A stretch of DNA of 64,000 nt from Vulcanimicrobiota bacterium (GTDB taxonomy: Bacteria; Vulcanimicrobiota; Xenobia; Xenobiales; JADMJV01): assembly GCA_050250895.1 (NCBI GenBank), contig JBFWNU010000004.1, positions 96,001 to 160,000 on the forward strand, in the 5' to 3' direction. Positions 38,656-47,716 of this stretch are shown here, one piece after another (within the stretch, counting starts at the first letter, position 1; the number at the start of each line of letters is the position of its first letter). Both the position numbers and the translations under genes were made by a program. The notes beneath the pieces were generated by a model. The model was not told where the DNA came from. It was given only the letters and a program-made list of their open reading frames with translations, and did not search any database.

Positions 38656-39651
38656 ATGAAAGACGATGCCCAGCCAGGACCCCCGGTAGCGCCCCCCTGG
38701 GGCCAACTGGTGCATCTGTCCCGCCCCCCTCTGGAAAGCCAGCTGGTCAGTCTGGCCGCTGACCAGGGACTCGAGCCCAAATCGGCCCGACGCCTGGTCG
38801 AGCTTTTAATCGAGTTCGATCAGATGGGGGTTCACACTCACGGTCTGTGGCAGTTTGGGCGCTACCTCGGCGCGTTTCGCGAGGGCGCGCTCAACCCCCA
38901 GGCCCGGCTCATCACCCTGCGCCGGACGCCTTGCTCGGCCGCCCTCTGTTCGGATGGGGGTCTGGGCCTGCTGGTCCTGGACGAGGCCATCGAGCGAGCG
39001 GTGGCCCTGGCCGAAGAGAGCGGGGTGGGACTGGTCACCACCTGTAATCACGGTCACCTGGGCGGCCTCGGCCTGGCGGCTCGCCGGGCCACCCGCCAGG
39101 GGTTGGTGGCCCTCATCTGTGGGGCCAAGGCCCTCGACCCGGCCTGGCTGGCTCCCCACGGCAAGGTGGAGGACTCGGCCCGTCGCAATCCGCCCCTGGC
39201 GTTGGGCCTACCCGGCCCAGGACCGGACTTCGTGCTCGACTTTGGTCTGCGCGCGCGCAAGCCTCGAGAGGTCTGGATCAAGATTCCCGATGTCTTTGTG
39301 TGGGTGTTCGGGCTAGCTCACGGAGTCGGATTGCTCACCGATCTCGCAGCCCACGAAGCCCCGCCCTGCAGCTATCCCGCCGCCGACGAGCGAGCCTTTC
39401 TGATGGTCTTCTCGCCGTCCCTCTTCGGCTCGGTGGAACGGCTGCGTCGCCAGGTCGGTGAACTCTATCGACAGGTATCGCGGCAAGACCCGGTGCCCGG
39501 TCTGACCGCGACCCTTCCGGGAGGTCTCGAGTGGGAACTCAGCCAGCGGCTCCAGGCGGTCGACCAGGTCCGAATCCATCGCTCGACCCTGGAGCTGCTT
39601 CACCGTCTCGGAGTGGAGAACTCACCCGTGGCGGATTGGGGTCCGGGCTAG
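38656..39651 (+). CDS. Ldh_2-family (malate/L-lactate/sulfolactate-type) oxidoreductase
   Basis: D.MGVHTHG, DGGLG, NHGHLG, LPGG.E. Confidence 0.8.
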   Translation: MKDDAQPGPPVAPPWGQLVHLSRPPLESQLVSLAADQGLEPKSARRLVELLIEFDQMGVHTHGLWQFGRYLGAFREGALNPQARLITLRRTPCSAALCSDGGLGLLVLDEAIERAVALAEESGVGLVTTCNHGHLGGLGLAARRATRQGLVALICGAKALDPAWLAPHGKVEDSARRNPPLALGLPGPGPDFVLDFGLRARKPREVWIKIPDVFVWVFGLAHGVGLLTDLAAHEAPPCSYPAADERAFLMVFSPSLFGSVERLRRQVGELYRQVSRQDPVPGLTATLPGGLEWELSQRLQAVDQVRIHRSTLELLHRLGVENSPVADWGPG

Positions 39652-39690
39652 GCCGTTGCTGGTGGCCACCAAATACGCTAGGATGAGCCC

Positions 39691-39993
39691 ATGCGTGCCG
39701 CTCTACTCTCTGTTCTCGCCGCCAGCGCACTCTTTTTGTGCGCCTGCGACGAGGTGGTCGATGCCGACCACGTGCCCCCGCCACCGGTGGTCGAACGAAG
39801 AAGCGACTCTCGCGCCCCGCAGGCGCCTGCCCGGCAGAAGCCGCGCTTCCGGCGGATGAGTGACGCCGAAGTGCAGAACTTCATCCGAAAACACGAGAAT
39901 GAAGTGATTATAGAAACCGAAGGGGTGATTCGCTACCGCGATTGGGTCGCTGAGCGCCAGCCTTCTGGCGACTGGATCGGCTACAAGCCATGA
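39691..39993 (+). CDS. Small lipoprotein
   Basis: Lipobox-like LCAC after a hydrophobic stretch. TAGGAT-N6-ATG. Confidence 0.65.
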   Translation: MRAALLSVLAASALFLCACDEVVDADHVPPPPVVERRSDSRAPQAPARQKPRFRRMSDAEVQNFIRKHENEVIIETEGVIRYRDWVAERQPSGDWIGYKP

Positions 39994-40074
39994 CCCTTGC
40001 CAGGCGCGGCCGTATGGCCAACCCTGGGGCAACTGGACTGGCCGCAGATCCTGAGAGTGGACAGGCTAGCGACG

Positions 40075-43000
40075 CTAATACTGCAGATAGAAACTGGTGA
40101 AGACTCCCGAGCGAGCGGTAGAGTCGCGGTCGTTGAAGATGTTCTGATAACCGACCACCAGGGTCGACTCGGGTAGCGGCGACCAGCTTACGGCGGCGTC
40201 GAGCCGAAAGGCATCGGCCCGATACTGGCCCAGGTTGCGATCGAGGGTAAGGCCCGATTGATAGACCGGATTCAGCTCGAACCCGACCGTGGGTGAGAGC
40301 CGCCGCAGCAGACGCAAATCCAACTCGTGCTCGGGCACATTCAACCACGGCAGGCCCATCTCGGGACCCGAATCAAAGCGGGCGTCGCGCCAGCGATAGG
40401 TGAGCACCCCGGCGGTGTCGGCTCCGTCCCAGAACTCGGCGTCGAAGCGCAACTGGTCGATACTGTGCTGTTCGTTGCGCAACAGGTTGGACGAGCCGGG
40501 AGCCAGCACCTCGAGGTCGCCCTCGCTAAACAACGAGATACCCAGGATGTCGGCTGCCTCGATATCGGTGTGGCCGTACTCGAGGCTCACGAAAACGTTG
40601 TCGTTGAGCTCGTGCGAAAAGCGCGCGCGCCAATCGGTGAGGTCTCCCAGAATGCCGCCCAGGGCGTTGGTCTGAGCCACCGCCAGCTCGTCGATGGTGA
40701 AGGGGAAAGCCGTCGTCGGCGAGATGACCATCGGTCGCAAGCGCGACAGCGGTTCGGTCAGGCGATCGGCGCCCAATCGCTGGAGAGCGCTCGAGCGCAG
40801 ATAAGTGAGGGCCATCTGGGTTCGGTCCGAGAAGTCCACCGTCAGGGCCGCAAAGGGGTCGACCGCGCTGCTCGAGCGCGAGGCTACCCGGCCGATGGGA
40901 CGGCCCGTGGCCGTAAAGCTCAGCTCGCTTTCGGCATAAGAAGCGTTGGCGAAGACCGCGCCCACCACCAGGTTGACTCCGCGCGTGAGATACCAGCTGT
41001 CCTGGAGCCAGAACTGGGACAACTGCTGCTCGATGTCGGTCGAAAGCGCCGAGGTCGGGCGGAAGCCGCTAGCTCGGGCTGGTAAATAGCTGTCGGCGCT
41101 GAGATAACCCAGGCTCACCACATTGGCCGGCGACAGACGCTGGTCGTAACGTAGCTCCCAGGCAAACTCGCGCAGGTCTTGCTCGCTGCGCCGCACCGGC
41201 GACAGTCGGTTCTGGCCGGCCAGTTCGCTATAGGTCTCTTTGGTGCGGGCCAGGGCCCACAGGTTGGCTCCGGGACTCAGCTCGCGATAATAGCCCAGCT
41301 CGTTGCGCGCCGAAGACACGAAGCCGTCGATCAAAAGGCCATCGCTACGGACCTCGCCGCCCTGCACGAACAAGGCCAGGTGGTCGCGGGGCGTGATGGC
41401 CCAACCGAACTCGCCCCGCCCGTCTAGAGCGTCATCGGTCGTGCCGTTGTCGACATTCGAGAGACCGGCCCCCGAAAGCGAGTAAGAAGCGTTGCCCAGG
41501 CGCCCGCGCACGTTGCCGGCCGCTACCGGGCCACCGTCAGGACTGGTGGCCCCGAGCACGAACCAGCGGACGCGGTTACTGGTGTTGACCAGCGGGTCGA
41601 GCAGGCGGGCCTGGACGGCCAGGCTCTTGTAGGCCAGTCGATCGACCTTGCTGGCCACCACTCCCAGGGTCGACAGCAGTTGGGCGTCATCGGGACTGTA
41701 TTCGAGCGCCCGATACACTTCGTTGAGGGCCCGCTGGTTCTGATTGAGCAGACTGTAGATGAAGCCCAGATTGCCTCGGATGACGGGCGAGTCGGGGGCC
41801 TGATCGCGAGCCTTGCGCAGGTTCTTCTGAGCCTCTTGCAGGTCGCCCAGAGCCCTGACTGAGAGAGCCAGGTCGTTGAGCACAAAGGGATCGGACGGGC
41901 GCAAATCGAGGGCACTGCGATAGGCCGCGGCGGCGGCCTGGTACTGATGCCGCTCGGCCAGCACCAGCCCCTGCAAGTCGTAGGCCAGGTAGCGAAGACC
42001 GGGGTCGAGCGTCTCGGAAAGCTGTAGGGCTCTTTCGGCCTCGTCGTTGGCTCCGGCCAGGTCGCCTGAGCGCAGCTTGGAAAAGCCCAGGGCCAGGGCG
42101 TGATGGACATCGGTCCTGGGATCGGCCTCGTCGCGGCGAAACTGCTCGAGCAGGCTCACGGCTTCATCATACTGGCCTTGCTTGATGAGAAAACTGCCCA
42201 GCCGCAGGGCGGTGGTCGGGGCCGGGTCAAGCTGATAAGCCTGGCGCAATTGCTCAAGAGCCGCCCCTCGTCGCGACAGGGCGGCGTAGATGTCGCCCAG
42301 CTGACGATGATAGAGAGCGTTGTCGGGAGCCAGGGTGACGGCCCGTTCGAGCAGACCCGCGGCGGCCGGGTAGTGGCCCTGTTCGAACTCGATGAGATAA
42401 CCGCGGGCGGCTAGAGCGGCCGGGTTCTGTTCGTCTTGCACCAGGCTCGGGTCAACCCGACCCTGAGCCCAGGCGGCCACGAAGGAATCGACCGGCGCTC
42501 GCTGGCCCAGGTGTTGCTGAGCCTCGGCAAATTTGCCCTCGAGCAGCAGAAGCCGTCCCGCGAGGCGACTGCGCTCGTCGGAGGCGGGCAGTTGCTCGAG
42601 GCTCTTGCGAGCCTCGTCGAGCCGTCCCTCATCGAGATAGAGCCTGGTCTGAGCCAGCCGTCCTTCGTTCGAAGCGGGATCGGCGAGAGCCTGGCGGCGC
42701 ACCTCTTCGCGCTGAGCCGGGGGCACCAGCGGCTCGACCGGCAGCCACTCGGGAGCGGTGCCACTCTTGACCCAGGCGCGCCGGGGCGCCACTTCGATGG
42801 CCACCGGCGGATTCCACTCGGCGGCCGTAAAGTCGACCGACTGACCCTGATCGACCGGGATCCCGGCCACCGATGCCTGGCCCTCGAGCACCGACAAGGT
42901 GGCTGCTCCCTGGCCGCTGGAGAGGACCACCTCGGTGTCGGCCAGTTTGACCTCGCGCTCCGGGTTGGCCAGTTCGAAAGGACGATCGGTCTTGAGCCAG

Positions 43001-43386
43001 ACCCGCCCCGTGACCAGACGCACCCGGCCGCCGCTCTCGAGGGTCACCTCGGTGTTCTGGTCGAGGCGCAACTGGACGCCGTCACTGAAGGAGACACTGG
43101 CACCAGCCGAGCCGGTCCGCAGGCGGGACCCGGCTTGCAAGGCCTGACCCTGCTCGGCCCGGGTCCAGGGCGTCACCTGGGTAGAATAGACGTTGTCGGC
43201 CGTGTTAGCATTGAAGGCCTGAGGGAAATAGCTGGCCGCGTCGACCGAAACCGGCTTCTGCTTGATGGCTGTCTCTTGAATCTCGAGCGGTCCCGAGACC
43301 GAAACCACGGCCCCGATGGGGACCTCGGATTCACGGGCCCACAGCGGCAGGCTCAACAAGCACAGGATAGCGAGAAACTTTTTCAT
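40075..43386 (-). CDS. Exported FecR + TPR + outer-membrane beta-barrel protein
   Basis: Signal peptide, FecR-like LRTG...FSDG..LRLD.NT, TPR array, alternating beta-strands, terminal SFYLQY beta-signal. Confidence 0.82.
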   Translation of the reverse strand: MKKFLAILCLLSLPLWARESEVPIGAVVSVSGPLEIQETAIKQKPVSVDAASYFPQAFNANTADNVYSTQVTPWTRAEQGQALQAGSRLRTGSAGASVSFSDGVQLRLDQNTEVTLESGGRVRLVTGRVWLKTDRPFELANPEREVKLADTEVVLSSGQGAATLSVLEGQASVAGIPVDQGQSVDFTAAEWNPPVAIEVAPRRAWVKSGTAPEWLPVEPLVPPAQREEVRRQALADPASNEGRLAQTRLYLDEGRLDEARKSLEQLPASDERSRLAGRLLLLEGKFAEAQQHLGQRAPVDSFVAAWAQGRVDPSLVQDEQNPAALAARGYLIEFEQGHYPAAAGLLERAVTLAPDNALYHRQLGDIYAALSRRGAALEQLRQAYQLDPAPTTALRLGSFLIKQGQYDEAVSLLEQFRRDEADPRTDVHHALALGFSKLRSGDLAGANDEAERALQLSETLDPGLRYLAYDLQGLVLAERHQYQAAAAAYRSALDLRPSDPFVLNDLALSVRALGDLQEAQKNLRKARDQAPDSPVIRGNLGFIYSLLNQNQRALNEVYRALEYSPDDAQLLSTLGVVASKVDRLAYKSLAVQARLLDPLVNTSNRVRWFVLGATSPDGGPVAAGNVRGRLGNASYSLSGAGLSNVDNGTTDDALDGRGEFGWAITPRDHLALFVQGGEVRSDGLLIDGFVSSARNELGYYRELSPGANLWALARTKETYSELAGQNRLSPVRRSEQDLREFAWELRYDQRLSPANVVSLGYLSADSYLPARASGFRPTSALSTDIEQQLSQFWLQDSWYLTRGVNLVVGAVFANASYAESELSFTATGRPIGRVASRSSSAVDPFAALTVDFSDRTQMALTYLRSSALQRLGADRLTEPLSRLRPMVISPTTAFPFTIDELAVAQTNALGGILGDLTDWRARFSHELNDNVFVSLEYGHTDIEAADILGISLFSEGDLEVLAPGSSNLLRNEQHSIDQLRFDAEFWDGADTAGVLTYRWRDARFDSGPEMGLPWLNVPEHELDLRLLRRLSPTVGFELNPVYQSGLTLDRNLGQYRADAFRLDAAVSWSPLPESTLVVGYQNIFNDRDSTARSGVFTSFYLQY

Positions 43387-45020
43387 GGCGCCCCCACCCG
43401 ACCGGCGTCAGGGCCGCCGAAGGCTCCGATATCGTTGCGGCTCGTGCCCTGACCCGGCGGGATCACATCGAAATACTGAGAACCTGGGTCCCCCGCGTCG
43501 ATGGCCGGCGACCCTCCCGCCAGCGTGAAGTCGGCGTTGAGCATCGGGTCGGCCACAAAGCCGTTGGGTCCTAGCGGCAGAGCCCCATCGAGATTGTTGA
43601 ACAGCAGATTGAAATCGCCAAACACGGCTCCGGCGAAGGTGGCCTGGTTGTTGGCCAGGATGCAGTTGACCAGCACGATAGGATCTCCCGAGAAACTCGT
43701 GACCGCGTTGTCGCAGCCGCTGATGACACAATTCTCTGCCAGCACCGGGGTACCTGCGGTAAAGACGCCGAACGGGCAATTCTCGAAGATGCAGTTGCGA
43801 TAACTCAGGGCGGGACCGACATCGCCGGCGCCCCCACCGCCTGTGGTCGCGATGACGTGGCAGCGGATGACTTCGTGGGTCTTGCTGATGGCCGAGGCGT
43901 TGGCCAGGTTGAAGGCGATGCCGTTGAAGCCACCAAACACCGTGTTTTCGACGGCCAAAACCCCGGCGTAGTCGAAGAAGGTGATGCCTTCGGCCCCGGC
44001 CACCACCTGGTTGGAGCGCACCACTACGTCTTGGACGCCCTGAAAACGAATGCCGGCCCCGAGCGGGCCCGCTGCCACCTGGCAATTCTCGACCAGGGCC
44101 CCGGCCACGCTGTTGAGATTGATGGCAAACATCAGAATCCCCCCGACTTCAGAGACCACCGCGAAGTTGCGAACGGTGATGTTCTGGCAATCTACCGACT
44201 GAAAACCCCGGGAGAGATTTCCCCCGGTGGTCAAAAGTCCGCCGTCGAAAACGGCTCCGGTCAGGTCATTGGCCGCCACTCCCAGCAACTGCTCGCCAGT
44301 GAGGGTGACGTTGAGGTTGCTGGCCCGCACCCCGGTGGCCGGTTCGAGAAAGGTGATACCGCCGCTGAGCGTGCCCATCACCAGCCCGGGGTCAGCCGTG
44401 ACGGTCACGGTATCGACCAGAGCCCGATTGGCCCCGCGCAAAATCACGGCGGGAACGTCGAGAGCAGCGGTCAGGTGAACGGTCAGGTTGCGAATGACCA
44501 GATCGTTGCCCTGACAATCGAGGGCCTTGTCACTGGTCGTCATCTGGCAGTTTTGCAGCACCAGGCCGTTGACCCCCAGAGCCAGCAATCCTTTGGTGGC
44601 CGGGCCGGTCCCTAGCAAAGTGATTCCACGCAGGGTGACGCCCGAGGCGCTGGGGTCGATGGCGGCGACCACATCGCCGGCGGAGCGAAAGGTGATCCCC
44701 TCGACCACGGCGCCGGCCGAACCGGCCAGCATCACCAGAGGGGCCAGAGTGCTCTCGATAATGACCTGTCCGCCCTGAGAGGCCACCACCACGCGGCGAT
44801 CGATGGCCAGCCTCCCGGCATAGGTGCCGGGGGCAATCAGGATGGTGTCACCGTCCTCAGAGGCGGCCAGAGCCGCGGCCAGAGTGGCGAAATCCTGGGG
44901 GACCAACAGGGGCTCAGTCTGAGGAAAGTCGCCTTCTTCCGGCAGCTTCGAGTCTTGGGAGGCGGTGCAGCCAGCCAAAAAAAGCACCAGCAAAAGCACC
45001 AGTATACGCAATCTGAACAA
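43383..45020 (-). CDS. Lipoprotein with right-handed parallel beta-helix
   Basis: Lipobox LAGC, GDTILIAPGTY, repeated N/C-ladder strands, SPAIDAGDP...DIGAFGG. Confidence 0.82.
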   Translation of the reverse strand: MFRLRILVLLLVLFLAGCTASQDSKLPEEGDFPQTEPLLVPQDFATLAAALAASEDGDTILIAPGTYAGRLAIDRRVVVASQGGQVIIESTLAPLVMLAGSAGAVVEGITFRSAGDVVAAIDPSASGVTLRGITLLGTGPATKGLLALGVNGLVLQNCQMTTSDKALDCQGNDLVIRNLTVHLTAALDVPAVILRGANRALVDTVTVTADPGLVMGTLSGGITFLEPATGVRASNLNVTLTGEQLLGVAANDLTGAVFDGGLLTTGGNLSRGFQSVDCQNITVRNFAVVSEVGGILMFAINLNSVAGALVENCQVAAGPLGAGIRFQGVQDVVVRSNQVVAGAEGITFFDYAGVLAVENTVFGGFNGIAFNLANASAISKTHEVIRCHVIATTGGGGAGDVGPALSYRNCIFENCPFGVFTAGTPVLAENCVISGCDNAVTSFSGDPIVLVNCILANNQATFAGAVFGDFNLLFNNLDGALPLGPNGFVADPMLNADFTLAGGSPAIDAGDPGSQYFDVIPPGQGTSRNDIGAFGGPDAGRVGAP

Positions 45021-45085
45021 AAGACACTCCTCGCTTTATCACTAAGGGGGAGGGAATTGTTCTGACGGTATGGGAATCTCCCTTC

Positions 45086-46858
45086 TTGCCTGTCCACCGG
45101 ACCCGACAATTATGGCTGAGTCTGCTGGCGCTGTTAGCCACCCTGGTGGTCTTTGCGGCCCAGCAACAAGGTCTTTTCGAGCCGCTCGAGTTTCGCTCGC
45201 TGGACTGGCGCTTCGTGTTGCGCCACCAGCTGGGCTATTCTCCTCGAGTCGAGCGGCCCATCGTGCTGGTGGTGTTCGACGAGAAGGCCCTGGAAACGTT
45301 ACCCGAGCCGTTCTCGCTGTGGCGTCCTCGCATCACTCAAGGCATCCGGGCGGTATTAGAAAAGGGAGCCTCGGTGGTCGCACCCGACGTTCAATTCGAG
45401 CTAGAAGTGGGCGACTTGCCGCCAGCCTACGCCCAGATAGCCTCCGAGCACCAGGCCAGCGACCGCGAGTTGCTGGCGCTGGTGCTCGACCACCCGGTGG
45501 TGGTCGGCTGCCAACTCGACGCCGACGGGACCCTGCACCTGCCACTCAAGCGGTTGGTGGCAGCCGCCTTCAATCGGCTGGCCTTGCTCAACAGCCAGGA
45601 GGCATCCGACGGCGCCGTCCGCTATCTTCCCTCTCGCCGCGGTGTGCAGATGAGCGGAGCGACCTACGAAATCCCCTATCTGGCCGCCGCCACCGCCCAC
45701 CAGGCGGGGGCCGAGGAGCTGCCGCTGACCTACTGGATCAACTACGCCGGCCCGACCGGCACCATTCCCCGAATCTCGCTGGCCGACGTGCTGGCCGGCA
45801 AGTTCGAGTTACCTCCCCAGGCCATCGTCTTCATCGGCAGCTGGGACCGCCGCCTGGGCGACTATCATCGCTCACCCTTTTCCCACTTCGGGGAGGCCGA
45901 TATGGCTGGAGTCGAAGTGCAGGCTCAGGCTGCCCGCACCCTGTTGGCCCGCGATTGGCTACAGCCCTGGTCAGGGTTGCCGACCTTTCTGGCCATCGCC
46001 CTGCTGGCCGGGGTCGCCCCTTGGACCGCCTGGCGCATGCATCCGGCCCGGGCCGCCCTGGCGGGAGTGGTGGTGGTCTTGATCTGGTGGACCGTCGTCT
46101 TCCTGCTTTTTCTGCGCGGTCAGATCGCTCCCGCCGTGGCCCCTACCCTGGCTCTGCTCTTGTCGGGCTTGATGGCTTACGGTTTGCGCACCCTGACCAT
46201 CGAGCGAGAGCGTCAAGCCGTCACCGAAGTTTTCGGGCGCATGGTCAGCCGCCAGGTATTAGAAGCGCTGCTCGAAGACCCCCATCAGCTGGGCCGGCCG
46301 ACCAATCGCGAAATTACGGTCCTGTTCGCCGACATCAACAACTTCACGCCCACCTGCGAGCAATATCCGCCCGGCCAGGTGCTCGGCATGCTCACCGACT
46401 ATTTCGAGACCCTGACCGTGATTGTGCAGGCTCACGGCGGCACCATCAAGCAGTTTGTGGGGGATGAAATCATGGTGATGTTCGGCGCCCCCCAGTTGCA
46501 GTTCGATCACGCCGACCGGGCCGTCCAGACGGCCCTGGCTATTCGGCGGGCCCTGCGCGAGAAAGAAGAAACCAGCCAGGGAAAGCCAGGGTTCTATGAC
46601 GTGAAGATCGGTCTCAATACCGGACCGGTCGTGCTTGGCCGAGTCGGAGCCCGCAGTCGCTGGGAGTACGCGGCCGTGGGCGACCCGGTCAATGCGGCCG
46701 CGCGCGTGATGGGGTTGACCAAACAGATCGACGACAACCTGCTGGTCAGCGAGACCACCCGCGAGGCATGTGATGGAGATTACGGCTGGAAAGACCTCGG
46801 AGAGCATAGTATGAAGGGCAAGCAATCGACTCTACGCATTTTTGGCCTCGACGATTAG
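45086..46858 (+). CDS. CHASE2-domain class III nucleotide cyclase
   Basis: CHASE2 (IVLV.FDE, DGAVR, GVEVQA), 3 TM, LFADINNFT, FVGDEIM, VGDPVNAAAR, MKGK. Confidence 0.92.
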   Translation: MPVHRTRQLWLSLLALLATLVVFAAQQQGLFEPLEFRSLDWRFVLRHQLGYSPRVERPIVLVVFDEKALETLPEPFSLWRPRITQGIRAVLEKGASVVAPDVQFELEVGDLPPAYAQIASEHQASDRELLALVLDHPVVVGCQLDADGTLHLPLKRLVAAAFNRLALLNSQEASDGAVRYLPSRRGVQMSGATYEIPYLAAATAHQAGAEELPLTYWINYAGPTGTIPRISLADVLAGKFELPPQAIVFIGSWDRRLGDYHRSPFSHFGEADMAGVEVQAQAARTLLARDWLQPWSGLPTFLAIALLAGVAPWTAWRMHPARAALAGVVVVLIWWTVVFLLFLRGQIAPAVAPTLALLLSGLMAYGLRTLTIERERQAVTEVFGRMVSRQVLEALLEDPHQLGRPTNREITVLFADINNFTPTCEQYPPGQVLGMLTDYFETLTVIVQAHGGTIKQFVGDEIMVMFGAPQLQFDHADRAVQTALAIRRALREKEETSQGKPGFYDVKIGLNTGPVVLGRVGARSRWEYAAVGDPVNAAARVMGLTKQIDDNLLVSETTREACDGDYGWKDLGEHSMKGKQSTLRIFGLDD

Positions 46859-46867
46859 GAGCAGTAT

Positions 46868-47716
46868 ATGAAAAAGCCAATTCTCACTTTATGCCTGTGG
46901 CTGGCGCTCATGGCCGGCGCTCTGGCCGAGCCGGTGGCCATGGTGGTGGCCGTCAAAGGCGAAATCGACGGCCCCAAAGGTCCTGTGGCCGTCTTTGACG
47001 AGTTCGACGCCAAAACGAAGCTACAGCTCAAAAAGGCCAGCCAGCTCGAACTGGCCTACTTCTCGGACGGCACTCGCTGGCGTATCGAAGGTCCCGGCAC
47101 CGCCGTCTTGACCGGCGACGACGTGCTGGTGGAAGTGGCTAAAGCCCAGCGCATCGACCCCCGCAAGACGGGGGTACCTTCGCTCAAGCCCGTGTCGGGC
47201 CAGATGGCCGCCAGCTTCAACCGCAACCCTGCCACCGGGAACTGTGCGGAACTGCGCCTGCTGACCTTTGGCGGGCTTCGCTCGGGGGCCTTCTCGCCCC
47301 GCTGGGAGCGTTGTCCGAAAGCCGACCGCTATGAGGTCCTGGTCAAACAAGGGAATCAGGTTGTGGCCCAGGCCAGCGGAGAAGACGTTCATTTCGAGCT
47401 GGCTCCAGGTGAATACAGTCTTTCCGTAGAGGCTCTCACCAACCGCATCCCCGGCAGCAAATCGGTGTTGGCCACGGCCGTCGCCGAGGTCCGGGTCCTG
47501 AGCCCTGAAGCGGTGGACCATCTGGAAAGACTCGAAAAGCAGATTCTGGCCAGACCCGACGACTTCGGTTCGCAGACCCTACTGGTCAATCTTTATCTCA
47601 AGCTCGGCCTCTACGAGGACGCCCTCGAGCTGAGCAACAAACTACTCAAACAAAGCGATGACCCGGGCCTGAGAAGGCTGGTGGACAAAGTGGAGAAGCT
47701 CTTTGACGCTGGCTAA
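46868..47716 (+). CDS. Exported protein, FecR-like N-terminus and DUF928-like C-terminus
   Basis: AGGAG RBS, signal peptide ALA, VAMVVAVKG, C-terminal LYLKLGLYEDAL. Confidence 0.7.
   Translation: MKKPILTLCLWLALMAGALAEPVAMVVAVKGEIDGPKGPVAVFDEFDAKTKLQLKKASQLELAYFSDGTRWRIEGPGTAVLTGDDVLVEVAKAQRIDPRKTGVPSLKPVSGQMAASFNRNPATGNCAELRLLTFGGLRSGAFSPRWERCPKADRYEVLVKQGNQVVAQASGEDVHFELAPGEYSLSVEALTNRIPGSKSVLATAVAEVRVLSPEAVDHLERLEKQILARPDDFGSQTLLVNLYLKLGLYEDALELSNKLLKQSDDPGLRRLVDKVEKLFDAG

Noticed and set aside
38656-39651. Ldh_2 oxidoreductase as part of the RRE/glycan locus
   Set aside because: It is only divergently adjacent, with no sequence evidence of functional linkage.
45070-46467. Long alternative-frame and antisense ORFs (this one, 16969-17982, 53170-54309, 61684-62640 and others)
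   Set aside because: These are typical GC-rich shadow ORFs overlapping genes with clear family motifs.
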